A DNA stretch of 64,000 nt, from positions 15,338 through 79,337 of IMG/VR virus record IMGVR_UViG_2558860244_000005. One strand, written 5' to 3'. The translations under genes and the position numbers were made by a program. Below the pieces are notes generated by a model. It was not told the DNA's origin and made no database searches. It worked only from the letters and a program-made list of their open reading frames with translations. Origin of the DNA: a virus. Taxonomy: Duplodnaviria > Caudoviricetes. Positions 54,358-63,009 of the stretch are shown here, one piece after another (position 1 is the first letter of the stretch; the number at the start of each line of letters is the position of its first letter).

Positions 54358-54945
54358 ATGACCCCGACCCAAATCCGCGCCGAGCTTGATGCCCGCAATA
54401 TGTCTATTCGTGACCTCGCGGAGGCTACCGGCATCGCCGAGAACAAGCTGACGAAATCACTCGGAAAGGTTGGCCGAAGGATCACTTACGATGAGATGCA
54501 GGCGATCCAAGGGGTGCTGGACCCGGCCGACCTTGAGCCCCGTATAAGAACCGTTCCCGTTTTGGGATCGGTGCCTGCGGGCAAGTTCACTGCCGCACTC
54601 CAAACGGGCGGTCGTAGAATGGCCGTGTCTGATCCTGAAACCCCCCATAACGCATATGCGCTAACAGTCGTTGGGAACTCGATGGATCTGATTGTTCCCA
54701 ACGGGACAATGCTCGTAATCGACCCAGACGATAAAGCGTTATGGCCCGGACGTAGATATGTAATTGAAAATGCAGACGGCGAAACCACGTTCAAGGAGTT
54801 TCAAGCAGACCCGGCACGCCTCGTGCCTTGTTCCAGCGATGATTCGCACCGGGAAATTCTGCTAGGGGACGAGCCAATTAAGGTCGTCGGCCGCGTTTAC
54901 TCTTACAGTTTGCGAGACAGTGATTTGCCTATGCGCCGCACGTGA
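54358..54945 (+). CDS. cI: CI-like repressor (HTH + S24)
   Basis: MSIRDLAEATGI HTH; VVGNSM and TTFKE catalytic motifs. Confidence 0.92.
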   Translation: MTPTQIRAELDARNMSIRDLAEATGIAENKLTKSLGKVGRRITYDEMQAIQGVLDPADLEPRIRTVPVLGSVPAGKFTAALQTGGRRMAVSDPETPHNAYALTVVGNSMDLIVPNGTMLVIDPDDKALWPGRRYVIENADGETTFKEFQADPARLVPCSSDDSHREILLGDEPIKVVGRVYSYSLRDSDLPMRRT

Positions 54946-55117
54946 CAAAGCGCTGATGAAGTTCCTCAATTTCGCCAGGGACGTTCACAAAAAAGGTCCC
55001 CCACTCATCGTATTCGCCTAGCCCCAACTCTAACGCGTCACGCTCTGCTTGGCGCTTCACTGGGCGCCACGGACCCTTTGGCTTTCCATACAGACGTACG
55101 CGGTAAAACAGCATCAT
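54929..55117 (-). CDS. Small hypothetical protein
   Basis: GGAGG RBS; MMLFYRVRLYGKPKGPWRP. Confidence 0.6.
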   Translation of the reverse strand: MMLFYRVRLYGKPKGPWRPVKRQAERDALELGLGEYDEWGTFFVNVPGEIEELHQRFVTCGA

Positions 55118-55208
55118 TACCTCCAATCTCTATCGAAGTACGGCGAGATCGCCGATGGGAACAAAAATAGAACAACAAAGGACGGTTTTGTAGCCCAAAT
55201 TCACATTC

Positions 55209-55256
55209 TGCGATAATCGCATTTTTACCGTTGACAGCATGTCTGCGACAATCGCA
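55209..55256 (+). promoter_or_regulatory. OL operators flanking a TTGACA -35
   Basis: TGCGATAATCGCA 55209-21, TTGACA 55231-36, TGCGACAATCGCA 55244-56. Confidence 0.85.
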
Positions 55257-55284
55257 TATCGACCTCCAACAGGCATCCGGCCTG

Positions 55285-55548
55285 ATGGAGTTGGAGATGC
55301 TTTCCGTTCCCACTGAATTCCCCCGAGTTGGCTCACATTGCTTTCTCGACGACGGCACGAAAGTTGAGCCCGTCCGCATCTTGCGGGACAACGGCGACGG
55401 CAACGTGCTGGTATCCCTGACTAGTCACCGATTTCCGCGAGAAATCGCGAGCGGGAACCGCACCGTTCCACTCGCTGATCTCCGCGAAACCGAGCAGCCC
55501 ACGTCCCCCACCAAGCCCTCGGGTCGCGCCAAGGGCCGGCGCCGGTGA
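55285..55548 (+). CDS. Early hypothetical protein
   Basis: First ORF after the pL-like promoter. Confidence 0.65.
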   Translation: MELEMLSVPTEFPRVGSHCFLDDGTKVEPVRILRDNGDGNVLVSLTSHRFPREIASGNRTVPLADLRETEQPTSPTKPSGRAKGRRR

Positions 55549-56090
55549 GCGCGCAAAGCGCCACCGGCGCCGTCAGAGCGGGAGACCGCATCGTCGCATG
55601 GTCCATAGGCCAGGCGATCAGCGCGGATGAACTGCGCACGATCGCCACCCGCATTCTGTCACACCGCGAACGTGTGGCTAAGGGGCTGGTCAACACGGGC
55701 CGCTGGACGCAAGCCGAAGCCGAACAGCGCACCGCCCCATGGAAGGCCATCGCTGTTCTCTGCGGCGTGAATACGTTGCAGATCGAAGCCGTTCTGGCGT
55801 CGTACCGCCGACCGCTGATCCACATACCGCACGCCGGGGCACGCCCGCAGTACGATCATGTCTTCTCCGACGATGTCGCGCGCAGCCTGCTGGCAACGGA
55901 TCTGTGCAGCGCGCTCGAATGGTGCGCCGCACTGCGCGACGCCACCGAGCGCGCGGTCAGGGCGATGCACCAGAACCGCACCGAAACGACTGTCCAGGCC
56001 GCCCGCGAACTGGTGGCGATTTCCCGCGCTCTCGACGTGTCGCTGCGCCCTGTCGTGATGCCCTCTCACGAAGAGAGGCGCGCGGCATGA
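55545..56090 (+). CDS. Early hypothetical protein
   Basis: GTGA coupling to the previous ORF. Confidence 0.65.
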   Translation: MSAQSATGAVRAGDRIVAWSIGQAISADELRTIATRILSHRERVAKGLVNTGRWTQAEAEQRTAPWKAIAVLCGVNTLQIEAVLASYRRPLIHIPHAGARPQYDHVFSDDVARSLLATDLCSALEWCAALRDATERAVRAMHQNRTETTVQAARELVAISRALDVSLRPVVMPSHEERRAA

Positions 56091-56281
56091 TGCACTCGAT
56101 ATTTCACATCCCGCCCGCAGCAACCACGACCGAGCGCGATGCCGGTGGAAGCCTGGACGCCTGGGCGGAACTCTGGCGCGAAGCTCCCGCCGAGGTGCGC
56201 GGCGACGTGATCTACCTGGCGTGCCTGTTTCCCGTCCTCGCCCTCATCTTCCTCACCCTCTGGATCGTGGCCCCGGCCTGA
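56087..56281 (+). CDS. Small C-tail-anchored membrane protein
   Basis: ATGA coupling; 18/35 identity with the C-terminus of 17869-18075. Confidence 0.7.
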   Translation: MMHSIFHIPPAATTTERDAGGSLDAWAELWREAPAEVRGDVIYLACLFPVLALIFLTLWIVAPA

Positions 56282-56303
56282 TCCGCAATCGGAGTGCCTG
56301 CAC

Positions 56304-56723
56304 ATGGCCGAAGAGAATGCCGCGTCAATCCTGATCGACGAAACAAAAGCCGCCGACGGCTCGTCCCGCTATCCGGTGGTCACCCAGCTCACCGACCTGA
56401 TCTTCATGCTCAACGACGGCCAGTTCAACGCGGATTGCGCGGACAAACTGAAGACGTTCGCCGCCGATCTGGAAGAGCGCGGGATCGAGGACGGCAAGAA
56501 GGTCAAGGGCAAGATCACCCTGACCATCGAAGTCGATCGCGAGCACGACGGCGTCTATTTCTTCACCCCCGATATCAAGCTGGCGACCCCGCGCGAGAAG
56601 CACGGCCGCACCATCGGTTGGGTCACCCCCGAGAACCGCTTCACCCCCAACAAGCCCAACCAGGGCAATCTTTTCGGCACGGTCCGCGACGTCACCCCGA
56701 CCCGCACCGTCCGCGACGTCTGA
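56304..56723 (+). CDS. Hypothetical protein upstream of DUF2303
   Basis: KGKITLTIEV...TPENRFTPNKPNQGNLF. Confidence 0.75.
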   Translation: MAEENAASILIDETKAADGSSRYPVVTQLTDLIFMLNDGQFNADCADKLKTFAADLEERGIEDGKKVKGKITLTIEVDREHDGVYFFTPDIKLATPREKHGRTIGWVTPENRFTPNKPNQGNLFGTVRDVTPTRTVRDV

Positions 56724-56740
56724 GCAAAGGAGACGAGTAG

Positions 56741-57670
56741 ATGTCTGAGATCAACCCGAAGGACGCGGGCGGTCTGATCCGCGAAGCCGTCGAGGCCGCT
56801 GGCGAGCTGACGCACGTCACCACACAGGAGATCCATGATCCCCGCGATGGCACGACCGCAATTGTCGTAGTCAGCCCGAACGGCGTGCACGCCCTCGATC
56901 CGGCCGCTTTCGACAAGTATCGCCTCGCGCCGATGGAGCGCGTGGGCACGGCGAAGTGGACCACGCTCGAAAGCTTCATCGAGCACACCAACCGCTTCAA
57001 GGTGGATACTGCGAGCGCGGTGTTCGCGCGCGACGACATGGCGACCGCCAAGCTGACGACGATCTTCGACTATCACCAGAGCGTGGCCGATGGCGGCGAC
57101 CGGGCGAATCTGCGCCACCGCGCCGAATACGCCTTCCCGTTCTCCGATCAGTGGAAGGCCTGGCACGGCAAGGACAAAGAGCCGATGGCCATGTCGGACT
57201 TCGCGCAGTTTCTCGAAGACCGCATCGTTGACATCGACGCGGATGGCGTGCCGTCCAGCGATGAAGCGAAGGCGTTCGTGGCGGCCATCAACGGCAAGAT
57301 GGCGAGCCCCTCGAAGCTGATCGAGCTGGCCCGCGGGTTGCAGGTCTACGAGAATTCGGTGCTCAAGGAAGCGCGCAACCTTTCCACCGGCGAAGGCCAG
57401 CTCACGTTCGAGAGCACCCACGTCGATGCAGATGGCAAGCCGCTCAACATCCCGAACCTGTTCATGATCACGATCCCGGTCTTCGCCCGCTCGCCGGACT
57501 ATTTCCGCCTGCTGGCGCGTCTTCGCTACCGCAAGGCGCCCGGCGGCGTCGTGTTCTGGTACGAACTCTGGCGCGCCGACCTGGCCTTCGAGCAGGCCTT
57601 TGCCGCCGCATGTGAGCAGGTCAAGGAACAGACCGGCCTGCCGCTGTTCGTCGGCGCCGCCGAGGCCTGA
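56741..57670 (+). CDS. DUF2303 (YfdQ)-family protein
   Basis: TLESFIEHTNRF, AIFDYH-like TIFDYH, HRAEY, LRYR. Confidence 0.8.
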   Translation: MSEINPKDAGGLIREAVEAAGELTHVTTQEIHDPRDGTTAIVVVSPNGVHALDPAAFDKYRLAPMERVGTAKWTTLESFIEHTNRFKVDTASAVFARDDMATAKLTTIFDYHQSVADGGDRANLRHRAEYAFPFSDQWKAWHGKDKEPMAMSDFAQFLEDRIVDIDADGVPSSDEAKAFVAAINGKMASPSKLIELARGLQVYENSVLKEARNLSTGEGQLTFESTHVDADGKPLNIPNLFMITIPVFARSPDYFRLLARLRYRKAPGGVVFWYELWRADLAFEQAFAAACEQVKEQTGLPLFVGAAEA

Positions 57671-57870
57671 CGCCGATCCGACTTCGCAGGGAATGTGAAA
57701 CGGAAAGGAATTCTGGTCCCCCGCATTCCCTCCCCAACCGCAATCCCGCGGAATTCAGGACGCGCAGAGGGCCGCGTGGGGAAGCCCTCCCATTCACAAA
57801 CCTGTCCTTACCGGACCCCTGCCGCCTGCGGCGGGGGCGAGGATAAGCGCAGCTTCCTGGAGCAACCCAC

Positions 57871-59628
57871 ATGGGTCTTATCGTAGACAATTTCGCCGGC
57901 GGCGGCGGAGCATCGACCGGCATTGAGGCCGCGCTCGGCCGCGCCGTGGATATCGCCATCAACCACGACGAAGAGGCGATCCGCATGCACGAGGCCAATC
58001 ACCCTGGCACACGGCACATCAGGAACAACATTTGGCAGATCGACCCGAAGGAAGTGACCGGCGGGCAGCCCGTCGACCTCGCGTGGTTCTCGCCGGACTG
58101 CAAACATTTCAGCAAGGCGAAGGGCGGCAAGCCCCGGGAGAAGTCGATCCGTGACCTCGCATGGGTAGTGGTGCTCTGGGCGCAGCGCGTCCGGCCCTCG
58201 CTGATCCTGCTGGAGAACGTCGAAGAGTTCCGCACCTGGGGCCCGCTCTGCGATAAGGGCTTCCCGATCAAGGAACGCGCGGGCGAGACCTTCGACAAGT
58301 GGCAGCGCGAGCTGCGCAAGGCGGGCTACAAAATCCAGTGGAAGGAGCTGCGCGCCTGCGACTACGGCGCGCCGACGATCCGAAAGCGTTTCTTCATGAT
58401 CGCCCGCTGCGATGGCAAGCCGATCGTCTGGCCGGAGCCGACGCACGGCAAGCCCGGCTCGCCCGAGGTTCTGAGCGGCAAGCGCAAGCCATGGCGCACA
58501 GCGGCAGAGATCATCGACTGGTCGATACCGTGCCCGTCGATCTTCGAACGCAAGAAGCCGCTGGCCGAAAAGACCCTGCGTCGCATCGCGCACGGAATCA
58601 TGAAGTTCGTGGTCAACAACCCGGCACCGTTCATTGTGCCTATTTGCAACACGAATTGGGCGGGCGACCGCTTCTATCCGGGCAATGAACCCCTGCGGAC
58701 AATCACGACGGCCAAGGGTGGCGAAATGGCTGTCGTCATGCCGCACGTGACGAAGTTTCGTTCCGGCGCGATCGGCCATGCCGTCGACGAACCGCTGCAC
58801 ACCGTCACCGCGAACAGCTTCGTGAAGCGGCCGGGCGGCAGCGCACCGCTCGGCGTGGTGGCCGCCGTCCTTGAGCGGCAATTCGGTAAGAGCGCGGGGG
58901 CCGACCCGCAAGAGCCCCTTCCGACAGTCACGGCCGGCGGTGGAGGCAAGACGGCCGCCGTGTGCGCCTTCATGCAGAAGTTCGCGCAGAACGGTCAGGG
59001 CGTAGATCCCTCCGAGCCGCTGCATACAGTCATGGCGGGCGCCCCGCGGCACGCTGTGGTCTGCGCGCATCTGGAGCAGGCGAACGGCGGACCGAACAAC
59101 GAGAACCTTGCCGGGCGGGCTGCCGATGCGCCGCTGTCCACTGTCGCGACCAGCGGCAGCCAACAGCGCCTCGTGACCTCCAACCTCGTCAAGCTGCGCG
59201 GAACCTGCCGCGACGGTTCAAGCGTCGAGGAGCCGTTGCACACGGTCAGCGCCGGCGGCACCCACATGGGCGAGGTCCGCGCCTTCCTGATAAAGTACTA
59301 CGGCAACGAGCAAGACGGCCATGGCCTCGGTAGCCCGCTTGGCACTGTGACGGTTCAGGACCGCTTTGGCCTCGTCACGGTGATGATCGAGGGCGAAGAA
59401 TACGTCATCGTCGATATCGGCATGCGCATGCTCTCGCCGCGCGAGCTGTTCAACGCGCAGGGCTTCCCCGCCGACTACCAAATCGAGACGGACGCGCACG
59501 GTAAGCCGATCACGAAGACGGCCCAAGTCGCCAAGTGCGGGAACAGCGTGCCCCCGCCGATGTCTGATGCGCTGGTGCGCGCCAACATGGCGGACGAGAT
59601 CGCCGAGCGGGAGGCCCGAGCGGCATGA
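57871..59628 (+). CDS. C5-cytosine DNA methyltransferase with repeat-expanded variable region
   Basis: DNFAGGGG, SPDC, ENVEEF, RKRFF, RELFNAQGF, GNSV motifs. Confidence 0.93.
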   Translation: MGLIVDNFAGGGGASTGIEAALGRAVDIAINHDEEAIRMHEANHPGTRHIRNNIWQIDPKEVTGGQPVDLAWFSPDCKHFSKAKGGKPREKSIRDLAWVVVLWAQRVRPSLILLENVEEFRTWGPLCDKGFPIKERAGETFDKWQRELRKAGYKIQWKELRACDYGAPTIRKRFFMIARCDGKPIVWPEPTHGKPGSPEVLSGKRKPWRTAAEIIDWSIPCPSIFERKKPLAEKTLRRIAHGIMKFVVNNPAPFIVPICNTNWAGDRFYPGNEPLRTITTAKGGEMAVVMPHVTKFRSGAIGHAVDEPLHTVTANSFVKRPGGSAPLGVVAAVLERQFGKSAGADPQEPLPTVTAGGGGKTAAVCAFMQKFAQNGQGVDPSEPLHTVMAGAPRHAVVCAHLEQANGGPNNENLAGRAADAPLSTVATSGSQQRLVTSNLVKLRGTCRDGSSVEEPLHTVSAGGTHMGEVRAFLIKYYGNEQDGHGLGSPLGTVTVQDRFGLVTVMIEGEEYVIVDIGMRMLSPRELFNAQGFPADYQIETDAHGKPITKTAQVAKCGNSVPPPMSDALVRANMADEIAEREARAA

Positions 59629-60368
59629 GCCACATCGTTAAGATCGGAGCCGCCACCCTCTACCTCGGCGACGCTTACGAGATCCGCCCCACGCTTGGCT
59701 TCCACGACGCCGACGTCATGGACCCACCCTACCTGTTCAACAACTCCGGCGGCGGAGCCTATCGTGCTGCCAGGGGCGCGAGCGACCAGATCGTTACCGA
59801 GGGGCTCGATCGCGGGTTCGATCATGCCATCGTGAGCCCGGAGCTTTGCGGCGCAGTCGTCATCTTCTGCCACAATGACCAGCTCGGCGACCTGATCCCG
59901 GCTATCGTCGAAGACGAGCTGAACGACTTTGACGCGCTGCTTGTCGCCGACATGTTCGCCGCTCTCCGGCCGAAATTCCGGCGGGCAGCGCTGCTGGCGT
60001 GGATCAAGCCGAACCCGGCGCCACACCGGAACAAGCACTACCTGGCCGACATCGAGCCCTACATTCACGCCTGGAACCAAGGGTTCGCCCCGGTTGGCGA
60101 CCACCACGATATGCATCGCTGGATCAACGCCGGGTCCATGCCGTCGAAGGTCTACGGACATCCGACCGTCAAGCCCGACGCCGTTATGGACAAGATCATC
60201 CGGAACGTCGCCGGGGAATCGGTCTGCGATCCCTTCATGGGCACTGGCTCGACAGGCGTGGCGGCCATACGCGCCGGCAAGAGGTTCGTCGGCATCGAGC
60301 GCAATCCCGCGCATTTCGAAACCGCCTGCCGCCGCATCGAGGACGCTGTCTCGATGGGGGCAGCATGA
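59625..60368 (+). CDS. N4/N6 DNA methyltransferase (beta order)
   Basis: DPPY, HPTVKP, DPFMGTGSTG. Confidence 0.9.
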   Translation: MSHIVKIGAATLYLGDAYEIRPTLGFHDADVMDPPYLFNNSGGGAYRAARGASDQIVTEGLDRGFDHAIVSPELCGAVVIFCHNDQLGDLIPAIVEDELNDFDALLVADMFAALRPKFRRAALLAWIKPNPAPHRNKHYLADIEPYIHAWNQGFAPVGDHHDMHRWINAGSMPSKVYGHPTVKPDAVMDKIIRNVAGESVCDPFMGTGSTGVAAIRAGKRFVGIERNPAHFETACRRIEDAVSMGAA

Positions 60369-60553
60369 ACCTTCTCGATCCGGCAACCGACTGGACGAAC
60401 CAAACGGTGGAGGAGCGCGCTGAGGCATGCGCCACCTTCCTCTTCACCTTTCGATTCATCGGCCACGCCGACCACTACCGCACCCAAAATCAGATCCGCG
60501 CGCGTGCCGACACCCAGCGCGAACAAAGAGCGAAAGGAAATCTCCATGGATAG
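60365..60553 (+). CDS. Small hypothetical protein
   Basis: ATGA coupling. Confidence 0.55.
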   Translation: MNLLDPATDWTNQTVEERAEACATFLFTFRFIGHADHYRTQNQIRARADTQREQRAKGNLHG

Positions 60554-60986
60554 GGCGAAAGCACTGCTATCGCTGGCGCGAGTATGTGAAGGCTCGCACC
60601 CGTGGGCCATCAACATCGACTGCGCAGTCTTCGCGACGCTGTATCCAGACAAGTTCAGCAATGAAGATTCAGCCGCTCAATACGCCCGTCTGAATTGGAC
60701 CCGCAACCTGGCAGATCGGCAGTGGCTTGGCGCCATCGGCATGCTTCAATACTCCGCGTCCCTCGACGCGGCGATGACTCTTGTTCCTGCGGGCTGCCTT
60801 CACATGACCCGAACCATCTGGGACGCGGCCGGCAAACCAGTGGGCCTCGCGCGCATCGATAAGTATGAGGGCAGCGGCGCCGCGATGATGTGGGCCGATG
60901 GCTTCGATGCTGTGGCTGCCACCCCGGCACTTGCGCTCTGTGCCGCTGTCCTACGAGCGCGCGCTGCGGAGGTCGCCAATGGCTGA
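60546..60986 (+). CDS. Hypothetical phage protein
   Basis: YSASLDAAMTLVP...ATPALALCAA motif pair. Confidence 0.65.
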   Translation: MDRAKALLSLARVCEGSHPWAINIDCAVFATLYPDKFSNEDSAAQYARLNWTRNLADRQWLGAIGMLQYSASLDAAMTLVPAGCLHMTRTIWDAAGKPVGLARIDKYEGSGAAMMWADGFDAVAATPALALCAAVLRARAAEVANG

Positions 60987-61794
60987 AAAAGGCATCATCT
61001 TCAGCGCAGCAATGGTCGTCGCGCTGCTCGCCGGTCGCAAGACGCAAACGCGGCGGTTGATCAAGCTCCCTAAGGAGTTCAGCCGCCCCGACATGGGGGG
61101 CTGGGAAGCAACCGCTACTGGCGGCGAGGGCGTCTTCACAATAGCCAAGGGCAAGCGGTTACCGGTTCCCGAGCGTGCTGCTATCTGGAACCAAACCACT
61201 GGCACGACGATCGGCATGCCCTACGCCGTCGGCGATAAGCTTTATGTACGCGAGACATGCCGCGCAATCGAACGGAAATCCGGTCAGGATCAGTTTCAGT
61301 ATCGCGCGACCATCGATAGGGAAGACGAAGACGCCGAAAACGTGCCCAACGAGCCGGACGCCGGTGGCTGGGGCGACCTGTCGATCTATGGAAGAGGCAA
61401 GCGCGATCGGAAGAATTTCGCAACTTGCGATGATGATCTGACCTTCGCAGGCCCATGGGTGCCCGCTATCCACGCGCCTCGCTCGACTTCGCGGCTCTGG
61501 CTGGCAGTCACCGACGTTCGAGTGCAGCGCCTCCAGGAGTGCAGCGAGGCTGATGCAAAGGCCGAGGGTATCGAAGGATTTGCCTGCATCGGTGGGCAGG
61601 CTTGGCGCGACTACAGCGGCGGCCCCGGATTCAACATGACCGATCCCCGGACCCCAGCACGGCGCAGCTATTCCACTCTTTGGGACAGCCTCCACACCGC
61701 CGAGGGCGCCCGCTGGCAGGACAACCCCTGGATCGTGGCCGTCAGCTTCGACGTGCATCGCGGCAACATCGATGCGGAGACCGCAAATGGCTGA
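60979..61794 (+). CDS. ASCH/PUA-like phage protein
   Basis: IIFSAAMVVALLAGRKTQTRR, GDKLYVRE, SRLWLAVTDVRVQRLQ, WQDNPW. Confidence 0.7.
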   Translation: MAEKGIIFSAAMVVALLAGRKTQTRRLIKLPKEFSRPDMGGWEATATGGEGVFTIAKGKRLPVPERAAIWNQTTGTTIGMPYAVGDKLYVRETCRAIERKSGQDQFQYRATIDREDEDAENVPNEPDAGGWGDLSIYGRGKRDRKNFATCDDDLTFAGPWVPAIHAPRSTSRLWLAVTDVRVQRLQECSEADAKAEGIEGFACIGGQAWRDYSGGPGFNMTDPRTPARRSYSTLWDSLHTAEGARWQDNPWIVAVSFDVHRGNIDAETANG

Positions 61795-62812
61795 GAACAG
61801 CGCAATCGAGTGGACCCACCACACCTTCAACCCGTGGATCGGCTGCACCAAGGTCGGCCCCGGCTGCGATAACTGCTACGCTGCCGACCTCGCAACCGTC
61901 CGCATGGGCGTTAAGTGGGGCGCGGGTGAAGATCGCCGCCATACCGCTGAGTCGACGTGGAAGCAGCCGCGCGCTTGGAACCGAAAGGCCGAAGCGGCCG
62001 GAATCCGGTACCGCGTGTTCTGCGCCTCGCTCGCCGACGTGTTCGACAACGAGGTGCCTGCCGAGTGGCGCGCCGAGCTGTTCCAGCTGATCCGTGAGAC
62101 GCCACACCTCGATTGGCTGCTGGTGACCAAGCGCATCGGCAATGCCGCTAAGATGGCCGAGGCTGCTGGAGGATGGCCCGGCAACATCTGGCTGGGAGCC
62201 ACGATCGTGAACCAGGTCGAAGCCGACCGCGACATTCCGAAGCTGCTGCAGACGAATGGCCCGCGCTACCGGTTCCTGTCCATGGAGCCGCTGCTGGGCG
62301 AGGTGAACATCGAGCCATGGCTAAACCCTGATAAGACCTGCCAAGGCTGTGATGACGGCGAAGGCTACGGCAACCGTTGCAGCAGAACCGATATACCGCG
62401 CCGGGAGGAGTGCCCGTGGAATCAGGCTGTTCAGATCGTGACGGATCATGGCCCGTATGCTGACGACGGCGAACCTGCATCGGTTTCGTGCGACGTGCGA
62501 ACACTGGATTGGGTCATTGTTGGAGGTGAAAGCGGGTCGCATGCGCGACCGATGCACCCGGGCTGGGCGCGCAGCCTGCGCGATCAGTGTGAGGAGGCAG
62601 GCGTCCCGTTCCTGTTCAAGCAGTGGGGCGAGTACGTGCCCGCAGGCGATCATCTGGAAGAAGATACCCCCGCCAACCTTCGGCTGAGGAGAGGCGATCG
62701 CTGCCATGTCTTCCCCGACCATCATCTGATGGCCCGTGTCGGGAAGAAAGCCGCTGGCCGCCTGCTCGATGGCGTCCAGCACGACGGATACCCGGAGGCA
62801 CACCACCCATGA
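61787..62812 (+). CDS. Phage Gp37/Gp68 (DUF5131) protein, radical-SAM-like Cys motif
   Basis: IEWTHHTFNPWIGCTKVGPGCDNCYA, LLVTKR, FLSMEPLL, WVIVGGESG, FLFKQWG. Confidence 0.88.
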   Translation: MAENSAIEWTHHTFNPWIGCTKVGPGCDNCYAADLATVRMGVKWGAGEDRRHTAESTWKQPRAWNRKAEAAGIRYRVFCASLADVFDNEVPAEWRAELFQLIRETPHLDWLLVTKRIGNAAKMAEAAGGWPGNIWLGATIVNQVEADRDIPKLLQTNGPRYRFLSMEPLLGEVNIEPWLNPDKTCQGCDDGEGYGNRCSRTDIPRREECPWNQAVQIVTDHGPYADDGEPASVSCDVRTLDWVIVGGESGSHARPMHPGWARSLRDQCEEAGVPFLFKQWGEYVPAGDHLEEDTPANLRLRRGDRCHVFPDHHLMARVGKKAAGRLLDGVQHDGYPEAHHP

Positions 62813-63009
62813 CGACAAAACGCCGCCTAGTGCCGGAAAGCGAGGTCCGGCGCGTGCTGGACCTGTTCCGGGACTATGGCCTGCCGATCGGCTCCGTTGA
62901 CATCCGGGGCGACGGCGTGACTATCCACCCCCCTGCGGCAACGGCAGGGAATGCATATGACGCCTGGAAGGCGAAGGACCAGAATCGTGAGCGGACTGCA
63001 CGTCGTTAG
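62809..63009 (+). CDS. Small protein, possible excisionase / RDF
   Basis: Directly upstream of and overlapping the integrase; AYDAWKAK motif. Confidence 0.5.
   Translation: MTTKRRLVPESEVRRVLDLFRDYGLPIGSVDIRGDGVTIHPPAATAGNAYDAWKAKDQNRERTARR

Noticed and set aside
57686-57735. Cobalamin riboswitch or mini-tRNA
   Set aside because: It has GGGAA...CCCCCGC resemblance only. The ACTGT/B12-box elements are lacking and it is too short for a cloverleaf.
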